Of a DNA stretch of 64,000 nt, positions 1 to 9,930 are shown piece after piece. Under the pieces are notes generated by a model. It searched no databases. It was given only the letters and a program-made list of their open reading frames with translations, and was not told the DNA's origin. Both the position numbers and the translations under genes were made by a program. This DNA is from an uncultured Bacteroidales bacterium (GTDB lineage: Bacteria > Bacteroidota > Bacteroidia > Bacteroidales > VadinHA17): positions 801 through 64,800 of the forward strand of contig CAWALO010000022.1 in NCBI GenBank assembly GCA_963782945.1, written 5' to 3'. Positions within the stretch are counted from its first letter, which is position 1. Each line of letters begins with the position of its first letter.

Positions 1-5
1 AATCA

Positions 6-398
6 ATGTTGAAGATCCATCGTAATTACATCATCGGGAATATCAATATTGTTGCTTCTAACATCAATTACGAAAGAAATCTTTTTCGAACCCCCGCATT
101 CCTTGCCAATATAAGATTAGGCTATGGTATAATAAATGATTTACAGGGAGGCGGTAATGTATATAGTGCTGCTATGGTCGGATTGATTGGACAGAAAAAT
201 TCTCATTTTGAACTAGATCTTGGAATAATTGCATATAAAGCCTTCAAAACTAATTTTAATCCGTCTTCCTCTGGTGTAATGACGGATGGCTTTATAGGTT
301 ACCGATACGAAAAACCTAATGGTATATTTGTTTTCCGTACAGGTTTCATCTATCCATCAATTTATAGTCTTACACTTGGGGCAGGATTTAAATTCTAA
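6..398 (+). CDS. Hypothetical protein, probably the C-terminal part of a small outer-membrane beta-barrel (likely starts before the window)
   Basis: Alternating hydrophobic/Gly beta-strand pattern and terminal aromatic residue (LGAGFKF). Confidence 0.5.
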   Translation: MLKIHRNYIIGNINIVASNINYERNLFRTPAFLANIRLGYGIINDLQGGGNVYSAAMVGLIGQKNSHFELDLGIIAYKAFKTNFNPSSSGVMTDGFIGYRYEKPNGIFVFRTGFIYPSIYSLTLGAGFKF

Positions 399-664
399 AT
401 ACTCTGAAATGGAAGCATATTCTTAAAATAATCCCGAATATTTTATCTCCCTCTGTACTTTAATCTAAGTTAATTTATTATAAATATTTACATCCGGCTT
501 TAGACGGTCATTTTTCTCAGGCCAGGAGTAGTTAAAGTCACCGGATTTTCAAGTTGCATCTTTGCCGAAAAACTATTTTTGGAGACAAGGAAAAGTTTCA
601 GCTCCTGTCTTCACAGAACCCATACAACTCATACTTAGAATTAGTGTGGGTTACAGAATGTCAT

Positions 665-737
665 AAAAAGAAGCAAGAGGTCGATTTTGACCTCTTGTGC
701 CGTTTGGTACCCCGGAACGGACAAAAGCGGCAACCAG
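665..737. repeat. att-like site 1: hairpin followed by a core resembling the tRNA-Leu 3' end
   Basis: Inverted repeat aagaggtc-gatttt-gacctctt, then gtaccccggaacggacaaaagcggcaaccag (707-737), which matches 3463-3492 at about 25 of 31 positions and resembles gtacccggagcgggac at the tRNA end (61214). Confidence 0.45.
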
Positions 738-923
738 TTTAGGAAAATTTATAACTTAAAAATGCTCCTGTCTAAGTCTGATATAGTACAGTCAGGATTA
801 TTGTGAAGAGGTATAAAGATTATTACAGAAAACTATTCAATACGCATCAAATTATAGAAACTTATGTCTTTTTAATGAAGAACGAAAGAGAATTGGTTGA
901 AAATTATTAACTAATTATAAATC

Positions 924-3350
924 ATGTTATTCAACTATCTGAAAATAGCTATTAGAAACGTTGGAAGACATAAATTCTATGCATTCATTAATATAGCAGG
1001 TCTGACAATTGGATTAGTTACAAGTTTTCTAATTATACTTTATGTTGTTGATGAATTCAGTTTCGACAAGTTTCACAAAGATGCCAGTATGATCTACAGG
1101 GTTAATCTTATGGGACGCATGTCTGGTCAGGAATTTACATCTGCATACTCATCGGCACCTCTGGCAGCAGGGTTAGCTGAAGAAATCCCAGAGATTGACA
1201 ATACATGCCGTATAGCACCATGGAAGGATATTTCAATTGTAGATGCGGAAGATTCGTATACAGAAAAAACTGTATTGCTGGCTGATTCTGGTTTTTTTGA
1301 TTTTTTTAGTTTTAAACTAATTCATGGTGATCCAAAATCAGTTTTAAGTAACCCCTACAGCATTGTATTAACAGAAACTGCAGCTAAGAAAATATTCGGG
1401 TACACCGGACCTGGTGACAGCAAACCTATTGGTAAGACACTGGAATTTGGAACAGAAAAATGGACCTGTACAGTAACGGGTATTGTTAAAGATCCTCCTC
1501 TCAATTCTCACTTCCACTTTAGTATGATCCTCTCGATGGGATCATGGGATTATAGCAGGAATCCAAGCTGGTTAGGAAATTCCCTGATCACCTACATCAA
1601 GCTTCATGAGAATGTTGATTGGAAATATGTTGAGTCGAAAATTCCGGAACTGGTAATAAAGTACATTGGTCCTCAGGCACAGCAATATCTGGGAATAACA
1701 ATGGAAGAATTCTTAAAGCAGGGAGGGGCTTATGGTTTTTACCTTCAGCCATTGCTGGATATCCATTTTGCTCCTGAACCTGATCTACAGCTGGAGCCTG
1801 GTGGTAATATGAATACAATCTATCTGCTTGTAGGCATTGTAATTTTCATTATTATGATTGCATGTATTAATTTCATGAATCTGTCAACAGCAAAATTTTC
1901 AGGAAGGGCAAAAGAAGTTGGAGTAAGAAAATCACTTGGAGGATCAGTAAGCAGGCTTCGTACCCAATTTCTGATGGAGTCAGTAATGTATACATTGATC
2001 TCATTTATTATTGCTCAGATCATCTTAGCACTTATTATTCCTCAGTTTAATATTCTTTCTGGCAAATTGCTTACTGTTAAGTCTTTATATAATTTTTATT
2101 ATTTGAGTTTCATTGTTGTAATGGTAGTGATTATTGGAATACTGGCTGGCAGCTATCCGGCTTTTTATCTTACATCCTTCAAGCCTGTTGAAGTTTTAAG
2201 AGGAAGGCTAAAAACCGGGATGAAAAGCAAAGGGATAAGACGTATCCTTGTGATTTTTCAATTTACCATGTCTATTGGACTTATAATTTGTACCATACTC
2301 ATCTATAAACAGTTGCAGTACCTTAAGACAAAAGATACAGGGTTTGATAAAAATAGTCTGATAGTAATAAAAAATGCAGAATCGTTAGGATCATATAAAA
2401 ATGCTTTTAAAGAGGAATTACTTAAGATTCCCGAGGTAGTAGATGCGAGTATATGCAATCTGGTTCCTCCAAATGTTAATTATTCTGATATTTTCAGGCC
2501 GGTTGGATTAGACACCAAGGAACGAGGAAGTAATTATTGCTTTGCCGATGAGGATTTGATAAAAACATTGAAAACTTCAATGGTTGATGGGAGATTTTTT
2601 TCAAAAGAATTTTCTTCCGATTCCAAAGGAGTTGTTATCAATGAAGCTGCAGCTCGACTTTTTGGATGGGAGAATCCTGTTGGTCAGAAGATTCAGACCT
2701 TCTGGAAAGAAAATAACGAAGATGAAAGGGAGGTAATTGGAGTTGTTAAGGATTATAATTTTCAATCACTGGAGGAAGAAATAAGCTCTCTGATAATTTT
2801 CCCTGGAAATGAAGGAAACAGTATTCTTGTCAGGCTGACACCTGGCGATGTCAATAGAAAAATAAGTTTAGCTCGATCGATATGGAAGTCTTTCCCCGGC
2901 AATGGACCATTTGATTTCTCTTTTATAGCGGATGACTTTAATGCAAAGTTCCGTAAAGAACAACAGCTATGTAAAATCTTTATTATTTTTACTCTTCTGG
3001 CAATAATTATTGCATCATTGGGATTATTTGGGCTTGCTACATTTACTGCTGAACAGCGATCCAGGGAAGTTGGCATTCGCAAAGCTATGGGGGCTTCTTC
3101 AAACAGCGTTATTGGCTTGATATCGCGGGAATATCTGAAACTGATTTTTATTTCATTTATGATTGCTGCACCAATCGCATATTTTACAATTAGCTGGTGG
3201 CTTCAGAATTTTGCATATAAAACCAGCATTGGAATTTTAAGTTTTATTATTGGAGGAGCCTTAGCCCTGATTATTGCAGTTTTTTCTGTAGGTTATCAAT
3301 CTCTAAAAGCAGCTTCAAGGAACCCTGTTGATTCGTTAAAATTTGAATAG
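924..3350 (+). CDS. ABC transporter permease, MacB/FtsX family (duplicated architecture)
   Basis: 808 aa; MLFNYLKIAIRN start; two FtsX motifs (INFMNLSTAK...RAKEVGVRKSLG; GLFGLATFTAEQRSREVGIRKAMGA); C-terminal NPVDSLKFE. Confidence 0.92.
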   Translation: MLFNYLKIAIRNVGRHKFYAFINIAGLTIGLVTSFLIILYVVDEFSFDKFHKDASMIYRVNLMGRMSGQEFTSAYSSAPLAAGLAEEIPEIDNTCRIAPWKDISIVDAEDSYTEKTVLLADSGFFDFFSFKLIHGDPKSVLSNPYSIVLTETAAKKIFGYTGPGDSKPIGKTLEFGTEKWTCTVTGIVKDPPLNSHFHFSMILSMGSWDYSRNPSWLGNSLITYIKLHENVDWKYVESKIPELVIKYIGPQAQQYLGITMEEFLKQGGAYGFYLQPLLDIHFAPEPDLQLEPGGNMNTIYLLVGIVIFIIMIACINFMNLSTAKFSGRAKEVGVRKSLGGSVSRLRTQFLMESVMYTLISFIIAQIILALIIPQFNILSGKLLTVKSLYNFYYLSFIVVMVVIIGILAGSYPAFYLTSFKPVEVLRGRLKTGMKSKGIRRILVIFQFTMSIGLIICTILIYKQLQYLKTKDTGFDKNSLIVIKNAESLGSYKNAFKEELLKIPEVVDASICNLVPPNVNYSDIFRPVGLDTKERGSNYCFADEDLIKTLKTSMVDGRFFSKEFSSDSKGVVINEAAARLFGWENPVGQKIQTFWKENNEDEREVIGVVKDYNFQSLEEEISSLIIFPGNEGNSILVRLTPGDVNRKISLARSIWKSFPGNGPFDFSFIADDFNAKFRKEQQLCKIFIIFTLLAIIIASLGLFGLATFTAEQRSREVGIRKAMGASSNSVIGLISREYLKLIFISFMIAAPIAYFTISWWLQNFAYKTSIGILSFIIGGALALIIAVFSVGYQSLKAASRNPVDSLKFE

Positions 3351-3356
3351 CGGTAT

Positions 3357-3378
3357 TACTCCCGCCCTGGCGGGGATT
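3357..3378 (+). terminator. Putative intrinsic terminator hairpin after the ABC permease
   Basis: cccgcc-ct-ggcggg GC-rich stem just after the stop codon; T-tract is weak. Confidence 0.4.
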
Positions 3379-3423
3379 AGTTTACACTGTCCCTTATACA
3401 GATTCTTATGTTACTACTCAAAA

Positions 3424-3492
3424 ACAAAAAAGCCTCATATTTCCATGAAGCTTCTCTGTGCTGTACCCCCAACGGACAAATGTTGCAATCAG
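3424..3492. repeat. att-like site 2: imperfect hairpin plus tRNA-like core
   Basis: aagcctcat-atttcc-atgaagctt, then gtacccccaacggacaaatgttgcaatcag (3463-3492), an imperfect direct repeat of 707-737. Confidence 0.45.
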
Positions 3493-3552
3493 AATTGAGA
3501 TAGATCTCAGTATGTACCTATAACTCTGCCGATCAACTTTACACCCCGCAAA

Positions 3553-4533
3553 TTATTGAGTGATAGGAGTATCACCAATTCTTTCTCCCATTTTAACTGC
3601 AGTTTCATATCCATTTGCTGTATTGATCAATATATCCTTATCAATGTCGATTTTACTTTTTTCAAACAGCAATACTACCGTTGAACCTCCAAACTTAAAG
3701 TAGCCTTTCTCCTCACCTTTCTTTACCGAATTTCCCTTATAAGTCTGTACGATGCCTCCTACCATGGTGGCACCAACTTCAGCCATAATAACATCACCAA
3801 ACAAAGGATTTGAAATAATTGTATATTCTCTTTTATTCAAAAAGAATACTTCAGCCTTTTTACGTAAAGCAAATGGATTGACGGAATAATAGTCACCTTC
3901 AATCTTTTTGTCTGGAGTCAGATTTCCACTGACCGGGAAATGGAAACGATGATAATCGACTGGGGCCAGCCGGATGATAATAAGGGTACCCTCAAGGTAC
4001 TTTTGTGCAAGAACTGGATTATCCAGAAAGGAAGATACATCAAAACGAAATCCTTTTATTATGAAATCAGAGTTGCTGATATCGGCATACGCCATGATTT
4101 TACCATCTGCGGGAGATATAACAATATTTAAACTGGTATCAACCGGTCTTGCATTATCCTTTAGTTTTCGGGTAAAAAAATCATTAAAATTTTTAAACTC
4201 CTGTTCCTGGACACCGCTCATTTCTATATCAAAATCTTCAACAAAGGGATGTATTCTTTTAGCTGATGAAGTGCGATCCATCATTTTACCATAAATAGAT
4301 GAAACCAGCTTTCTTTTTGCCAGGGTCCACAAGGTTGCTTCTCCTATTGGATTATAATACAACCATACCAACCACTTTTCTCCGGCCACCTTTTCTGTTT
4401 TTAATTGCCCGGTTTCTCTTTCGTAATATTGAATGGGATCTTGAGGTGGTGGTGTAATGCAGGCAATAATTATAATTATTGAAAGCAACAACAAGCTGAT
4501 GCCCCACCTCATTGTTGTTTTTGTAATTCTCAT
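3553..4533 (-). CDS. psd: Phosphatidylserine decarboxylase proenzyme
   Basis: FNDFFTRKLK, SPADG, RLAPVDYHRFHFP, VGATMVG and the self-cleavage motif GYFKFGGSTVVLLFE; N-terminal membrane anchor. Confidence 0.93.
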   Translation of the reverse strand: MRITKTTMRWGISLLLLSIIIIIACITPPPQDPIQYYERETGQLKTEKVAGEKWLVWLYYNPIGEATLWTLAKRKLVSSIYGKMMDRTSSAKRIHPFVEDFDIEMSGVQEQEFKNFNDFFTRKLKDNARPVDTSLNIVISPADGKIMAYADISNSDFIIKGFRFDVSSFLDNPVLAQKYLEGTLIIIRLAPVDYHRFHFPVSGNLTPDKKIEGDYYSVNPFALRKKAEVFFLNKREYTIISNPLFGDVIMAEVGATMVGGIVQTYKGNSVKKGEEKGYFKFGGSTVVLLFEKSKIDIDKDILINTANGYETAVKMGERIGDTPITQ

Positions 4534-4620
4534 TTTTGCTTTTATTTACTTGAGTAAAAAAATAAGGCGGGAGATCTTTCAGACTGGCCGGTGTTGATCA
4601 TCGCAAAGATCTTCATAATG

Positions 4621-7600
4621 TTATTTAAAGGTGTATATCTCAATAGCCGAAAGGTTGAATACCTTTGAAGCGTCTGCCTGACGTATGCCGCCTGCACTTT
4701 GCCCTGATGCTCCCGATTCATCACCGCCTCTCATGCCGACAGCCGGAGACATTCCAGTCAGCCCGGAAGGTATGATCCTTACATAACGTCCTCTCGCCTG
4801 TGCAGGGATGATAATGTTGGTCATTATCGAACCCATATTACTGTTATCATAACTCGCAATTTCCGTGTACTGCACATTGTCATTGCTTACCTCAATCCTG
4901 ACATGATCCGGCCGGCCTCGCAGACTGTTCATACGGTTCCAGCGCAGCATTATCCGGTCGAAACTCCTTACACTGTCGAGATCCACTACAAAGGCTCCCT
5001 GTTCCGGCGATAGCGTGGCAAAGGTGTTCATGTCGGAGTCAATGAATGTCCTGCCTTCACCGGCATTTGCCTGTCCGCCCGGTGTTACGTCCGTGGTATT
5101 GAGAGGATCAGTGCCTCCTGTCACTGTTTTGCCGCGGGCTATGTTATTGGATCCACCCTGTGGCACAGTGGTGTAGATGCTTGTTGCAGCCCTGGAGTCT
5201 TTCCCTCTGATCACGTTGTTGTAACAGCTGACAGCGACAAAGGCTTTCCCTGACAGATCCGACCGGTTATACGAAATATCGATGTCGCGGCTCTCACCCG
5301 GGAAAAGGGTAAACAGGTTATCGTCATAGATGACAGGAGCCACAAGAGTCCTGCGGTCGCTGCCTGTGTATGCCTTAAGTTCAACAGCATATGCGATATT
5401 GCCAGTCGGGTTGCTTACCCTGCAGGTCAGGATGTTCTTTCCGGAAGCTTTTTTGAATGCCGGTTGCGTAACTTCCAGTTCAACAAGGGGAAGCTGATTC
5501 AGCAAGGTCATGTCAGGAGCCTGGTAAGTGCCTGACCGGTTCCAGGAGTGGCTTGCTCCTGCCACATCATTTCGCAATGGCTCGGCATAGGAGTTCAGGC
5601 TGAGCAACCTGCCATCCGCAGCCCTCAGTTCCAGCCGTATGAAATACACATCCGAAGGTGGACCGGTCAATGCAGTCTGTATATCATCGTAATCCCATAT
5701 TTCCGTAACTCCATAAGCTTCAGTAAGCTTTCCGAAATAGTTGATCCGGTAAGGTTCATAGGAATTGTTTTCATTCTTTACCAGACCTATTGTCCTGGGG
5801 GATAACCTGTTTGTTCCCGAAACTGCATATTCAACCGCATCGGGTGCGCCGTCAGCCCGGATATCTATTGTTTTTTCAAGTGTGTTGCTGATCCGGTTTC
5901 CCACGATGTCATAAACCTCCAGCGTGGCCACAGCTCCCGGGTACTCTGCAAATGTATTGTTGACAACATTGACGCACTTCCGGTACATGTTGTACATTAT
6001 ATGAACGGGTTCATTGCCTTTCCTTGCACCGTATGTGGTGCCATTCGGATTCATGTAATAGTCAAACTGGTTCCAGAACATAATTGGCCAGGCATTGTTG
6101 AGCATCCAGTTTATAAAACCGCTTGTGTTCCGGTACCGGTTTGAATTCAAAGCTTCATACTGGGCCCTCTGCAGATCATATTGAAAGACCTGGGCCCGTG
6201 CAATGAATTCATCAAATGTGGCAGAGGCTCCGTATGAGCCGTCAATGAACAGAACATGCTGGCCAAGGTTGTTGAAGCTTCCTCTGCAGACATGATAGTT
6301 CCACAGATTGTAATTCTCCGCGGAGTTGTAAGGCCAAAGATTAGATTCAGGAAGTATCCTGCGCATGGTTTCCTGAACGGGGATGCTCCCTCCCCCTCCG
6401 CCCTCGGAGATGAATCCATACAAACCCCTGGGGTCAGAGTAATACCATGTGGGCGTCTGACTGTCGTATGTTGCATCCATGTGCATGCCTCCCGTAACCC
6501 CGGTCAGGGTGGCGAGCTTGGCAGAGCCACTGTTGCAATTTGCACCGATCTCGAGCCAACGCAGGTTTGCTTCTATCTCAAAGTATTTCTGCTCGACATT
6601 CTGACCATTCACACCCTGGGCTTTAATGCTTGGAGGGTCGTCGCTTCCGTTGAACCAGAGAAACATGCACGGATGCTGCCTTGCATTCCTCAGCTGGGCG
6701 TACAATGATTCAAAAGCCACGAAACGCTCAGCTTTGGAGAACTCGCCCGGGCTCTGCCAGCGGTCGCAGCAGCACCAGCCTGTCATGAGCAGTATCCCGT
6801 TTTCATCCATGAGATCAAGCAGATTGTTGTCGAAGAATTTGCCTTCGTCACGGATCATGTTCATTCCCATGTATTTTACGTATTCCACAACTGCCTTGTT
6901 GGTTTCACGGTTATGGCGCAGGAACAGATCCGATGCACAATAACCTCCGCCTTTCAGCAACACAGGTCTGTGATTGACGTATATCTGCAGCATGTTCGCC
7001 AGGTGTGATGCCGATATTGAGTCGGAATTATTGTTGGCATACGGCGACACATTCACTTCGGCGCTTATTTCCCGTATGCCGAACCGGTGATGAAGCCTGT
7101 CACTGACGATACCGTCAGCTGAGAATTCATAATCAACAGTGTACAGCGGTTGTTCACCGGAGAGATACGGCCACCAGAGCCGCGGATTTTCAATGTTCAA
7201 TACGGGAAAGTCTGAGGCTCTTAATTCAATCTCACTGTTGTATGCACCTGAAGGAACGCTTACAGGTTCTTTGGTGATTGTCGCAACTACTTTCCCTTCC
7301 GGGTCCTTGATCACAGCGGTGAGTGATCCGCTTACCCCCTCCTCAGTGAAGTTGCTCACATCAACATATAAATTCAAACGGGCAGTTGAATGATCGACTG
7401 TTACCTTTGAGGCTACGGCGGGATTTGCAAGTCTTGCACTTCCGGTGGAATGCAGAAAAACTTCGCCGGTCAGACCCATCATTGCGTCTGCAGGTTTGGG
7501 ATTCCAGTCGACCCAGTAGTATGTCAGGTCATCGCGGTACACGGGTTTAGTAACTTTTACCTTGATATTGTTTTTTGCGCTTCCCGTTTTTACAAGATCC

Positions 7601-8268
7601 GTGACATCCAGGTCGTATGTGCGCATCGTCCCTATAAACTGATTTTTGTACTCCTCAAAATCCGTGACACCTGTCAGAGTGCCGGAACCATCAGCCTGGA
7701 AATCGGTCACCTCAGCACCAGCATCAACAAGGGTTGGTCCGTTCTTCAGATAGTTTTCGTCTGTAATGTTGATGTACTTGTTGCTGACTAAGGTTCCGTT
7801 TATATATATTTCGCCTGAATAGCTTATGCCTTTGAACGTGAGGATGATCTTTTTTCCTGCTTCGCCTGAAGGAATCGTAAAATCGGTGCTGTACCACCAC
7901 TGATTCTCAAAATCTCCTTCAGGTATCCTTGATAAATTATCATTGAAATATTCGTTTATCTCTCCATCATTATCCGGCTGAAAAATGTCATTGTAAACAC
8001 CGTCATCGACAAGGTTGCCCAGGACGGTTCCGGGAGCCACGGCCTTCAGCCAGTCAGAAGTAGAGTAGTCTGCTGCTTTTGCTGCATCATCTTTAACAGC
8101 AATTGCATTAAGGGCAGGTGTTGCTGCAGACACAGCAGGCGCTATCTTCCATTCTGTCAGCTGACGCGAAAAAGGCTCGTCTTTTGTTGCGCAGCCGGGA
8201 GATACTGAAATTGCAAGCAGGATGGGCAAAACTGCTTTTATACATCTTTTCAAACCGAAATTTATCAT
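4621..8268 (-). CDS. GH2 glycoside hydrolase, exo-beta-D-glucosaminidase (CsxA)-like, probable lipoprotein with a C-terminal F5/8 type C (CBM32-like) domain
   Basis: WVDWNPKPAD, PRLWWP, GMNMIRDEGK, GWCCCDRW, NGSD and SEGG motifs typical of CsxA-like GH2; C-terminal discoidin-like segment (VVDL...RGRYVRI...SAIEIY). Confidence 0.8.
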   Translation of the reverse strand: MINFGLKRCIKAVLPILLAISVSPGCATKDEPFSRQLTEWKIAPAVSAATPALNAIAVKDDAAKAADYSTSDWLKAVAPGTVLGNLVDDGVYNDIFQPDNDGEINEYFNDNLSRIPEGDFENQWWYSTDFTIPSGEAGKKIILTFKGISYSGEIYINGTLVSNKYINITDENYLKNGPTLVDAGAEVTDFQADGSGTLTGVTDFEEYKNQFIGTMRTYDLDVTDLVKTGSAKNNIKVKVTKPVYRDDLTYYWVDWNPKPADAMMGLTGEVFLHSTGSARLANPAVASKVTVDHSTARLNLYVDVSNFTEEGVSGSLTAVIKDPEGKVVATITKEPVSVPSGAYNSEIELRASDFPVLNIENPRLWWPYLSGEQPLYTVDYEFSADGIVSDRLHHRFGIREISAEVNVSPYANNNSDSISASHLANMLQIYVNHRPVLLKGGGYCASDLFLRHNRETNKAVVEYVKYMGMNMIRDEGKFFDNNLLDLMDENGILLMTGWCCCDRWQSPGEFSKAERFVAFESLYAQLRNARQHPCMFLWFNGSDDPPSIKAQGVNGQNVEQKYFEIEANLRWLEIGANCNSGSAKLATLTGVTGGMHMDATYDSQTPTWYYSDPRGLYGFISEGGGGGSIPVQETMRRILPESNLWPYNSAENYNLWNYHVCRGSFNNLGQHVLFIDGSYGASATFDEFIARAQVFQYDLQRAQYEALNSNRYRNTSGFINWMLNNAWPIMFWNQFDYYMNPNGTTYGARKGNEPVHIMYNMYRKCVNVVNNTFAEYPGAVATLEVYDIVGNRISNTLEKTIDIRADGAPDAVEYAVSGTNRLSPRTIGLVKNENNSYEPYRINYFGKLTEAYGVTEIWDYDDIQTALTGPPSDVYFIRLELRAADGRLLSLNSYAEPLRNDVAGASHSWNRSGTYQAPDMTLLNQLPLVELEVTQPAFKKASGKNILTCRVSNPTGNIAYAVELKAYTGSDRRTLVAPVIYDDNLFTLFPGESRDIDISYNRSDLSGKAFVAVSCYNNVIRGKDSRAATSIYTTVPQGGSNNIARGKTVTGGTDPLNTTDVTPGGQANAGEGRTFIDSDMNTFATLSPEQGAFVVDLDSVRSFDRIMLRWNRMNSLRGRPDHVRIEVSNDNVQYTEIASYDNSNMGSIMTNIIIPAQARGRYVRIIPSGLTGMSPAVGMRGGDESGASGQSAGGIRQADASKVFNLSAIEIYTFK

Positions 8269-8307
8269 AATATCATTATTTTGATTAAGACTTCAACTGG
8301 CAGGTGA

Positions 8308-9582
8308 TTATAATTTCACGATTTCATGTTTTTTGATCCATTCCGGATCGAGGTTCACTCCCATACCGGGCCCGGTTGGAACTTTAAGCTTCCCTTTAAC
8401 AACTTTTAATGGAGAAGTTGGACATTCAAATGGAACATTTGTATCCAATCCCTTGAATTCATGATGTTCACCTGCATTCGGAACAGCTGAAACGAACTGA
8501 ATATTGTAAAGGAAGCCGAGTCCTCCGCCAGACATGTGCGGTATGATCTCCTTACCGAATGCATGAGCCATGCGTGCCACCTTCATGCTCCGGATCAGCC
8601 CGCCGAAATAATAATTGTCCGGCTGAACTATCTCAAGGCCGTCATTTGCAAGCAGCCACCTGAAATTGACAAAACTCGTGTCCTGCTCACCGTTTGAAAC
8701 CGGTAACTCAAGTGCATCCGCAACGGCTTTGATGTCCTCGAAATGATCATACATAACAGGCTCCTCGAAATACCTGTATTTGTATTCCTCGAGCAGCCGG
8801 CCAACCTTTATTGCACCCTGGACATCATAATAGCCATTTGAGTCGGCATACAAAGACATGTTATCGCCGTATGTTTTACGCAGAAGCGGAATCAGTTTTT
8901 CAGTCTTCCCCGGCACTCCCTTGTAGTGGATATCCTTCGTGCCGGCAAACTGGTAACCTATTTTTACCTTAAGGGCATTCGTATCGTATTCCGAGACAGC
9001 CTTTTTGATAAGGTCAAAATGCTCTTCAAGCGGCTTCTCCCTGAACTCCGTTGCGACATAAATGCCGACTTCAGGATTGTGCACTTCGCCGATCATCTGC
9101 CCCATAGTTTGTCCTGTCATGCGTCCGAGCATGTCGAGTATTGCGAACTCTGCACATGCAAGCGGCAAGCCCAGGGTGATTCCGTTGTACCTGAAATTGA
9201 AATTATAGATATAGATGCGTTCAAGAATAAGGTCGAGTTCCCGGGCATCCTGACCAATGAAGAAAGGCTGCACGTTTCTCAGGAAAACCGGAAAGAGCGT
9301 GCTTATTGTGCTGTGTGCGATGGAGTAACCTTCAGCGCCTGACTCTGATCGTATATGAACTATCCAGCTGCCGCCGTACTTCAGAAGTTCAAGCGTCTCA
9401 ATTATGACAGGTTCCTTCAGCTTTTCTGTTTTAAGCACGGGTTCCTTCATGATTTTATCGATGATTGCATACCTGGATTCTGGCGTTGTTGTTTCCTGAG
9501 GTTCGATAAGAAATTCAGGAATTCCAGCTGCAAAGCCTCCTGCAAATGCTGTTGAAATGAAATCTCTTCTGCTGGTTTTCAT
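8308..9582 (-). CDS. Mandelate racemase/muconate lactonizing enzyme family (enolase superfamily) protein with Tat signal
   Basis: SRRDFI twin-arginine motif after the probable start at 9582; KVK catalytic motif; metal ligands in DSN, EEP, GEQ; C-terminal VPTGPGMG. Confidence 0.85.
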   Translation of the reverse strand: MKTSRRDFISTAFAGGFAAGIPEFLIEPQETTTPESRYAIIDKIMKEPVLKTEKLKEPVIIETLELLKYGGSWIVHIRSESGAEGYSIAHSTISTLFPVFLRNVQPFFIGQDARELDLILERIYIYNFNFRYNGITLGLPLACAEFAILDMLGRMTGQTMGQMIGEVHNPEVGIYVATEFREKPLEEHFDLIKKAVSEYDTNALKVKIGYQFAGTKDIHYKGVPGKTEKLIPLLRKTYGDNMSLYADSNGYYDVQGAIKVGRLLEEYKYRYFEEPVMYDHFEDIKAVADALELPVSNGEQDTSFVNFRWLLANDGLEIVQPDNYYFGGLIRSMKVARMAHAFGKEIIPHMSGGGLGFLYNIQFVSAVPNAGEHHEFKGLDTNVPFECPTSPLKVVKGKLKVPTGPGMGVNLDPEWIKKHEIVKL

Positions 9583-9586
9583 TGTT

Positions 9587-9740
9587 TCATTCATTTTTGA
9601 AAATTTCGAAACGGTCAATTTCAGTAGTCTGGTGCGAAGCCAGCATTATCTGTTCTTCCCTTTTTATTATTTCCGGATGCTTTGAAGACACATCATCGCT
9701 CTCCTTGAGATCAGATGAAAGATCAACCAGTTTTATCCCG
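9587..9740 (-). pseudogene. C-terminal remnant of a sulfatase-like gene
   Basis: LVDLSSDLKESDDVSSKHPEIIKREEQIMLASH resembles the arylsulfatase C-terminal motif (LYdL..D..E..nla..hPeiv); no upstream catalytic domain. Confidence 0.5.
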
Positions 9741-9865
9741 ATGCAGCAGATAACCGATGACTGCAACTGTATCATAAGTTGTTTTAGTTGCAATGAAATT
9801 ACGAAAACATTTGAATTATAAACAGGGATACCGGATTTAAAAAGTCAACGGCAATCTGTATCTTC

Positions 9866-9930
9866 GAAAAAGAGCGAGAGTGAGTGCAATCGCTACTCGC
9901 TCCCGCTCTCACTCTCGCTCTTTTTTCAGT
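9866..9930. repeat. Left copy of the island-bounding hairpin repeat
   Basis: gaaaaagagcgagagtg[agtgcaatcgcta]ctcgctcccgctctcactctcgctcttttttcagt is a same-orientation copy of 61165-61215, differing by a 13-nt indel, one substitution and one T. Confidence 0.85.

Noticed and set aside
554-742. ORF as a functional gene
   Set aside because: Short, TTG start, overlaps a hairpin and att-like site; at most a recombinase tail remnant, which cannot be confirmed without a search.
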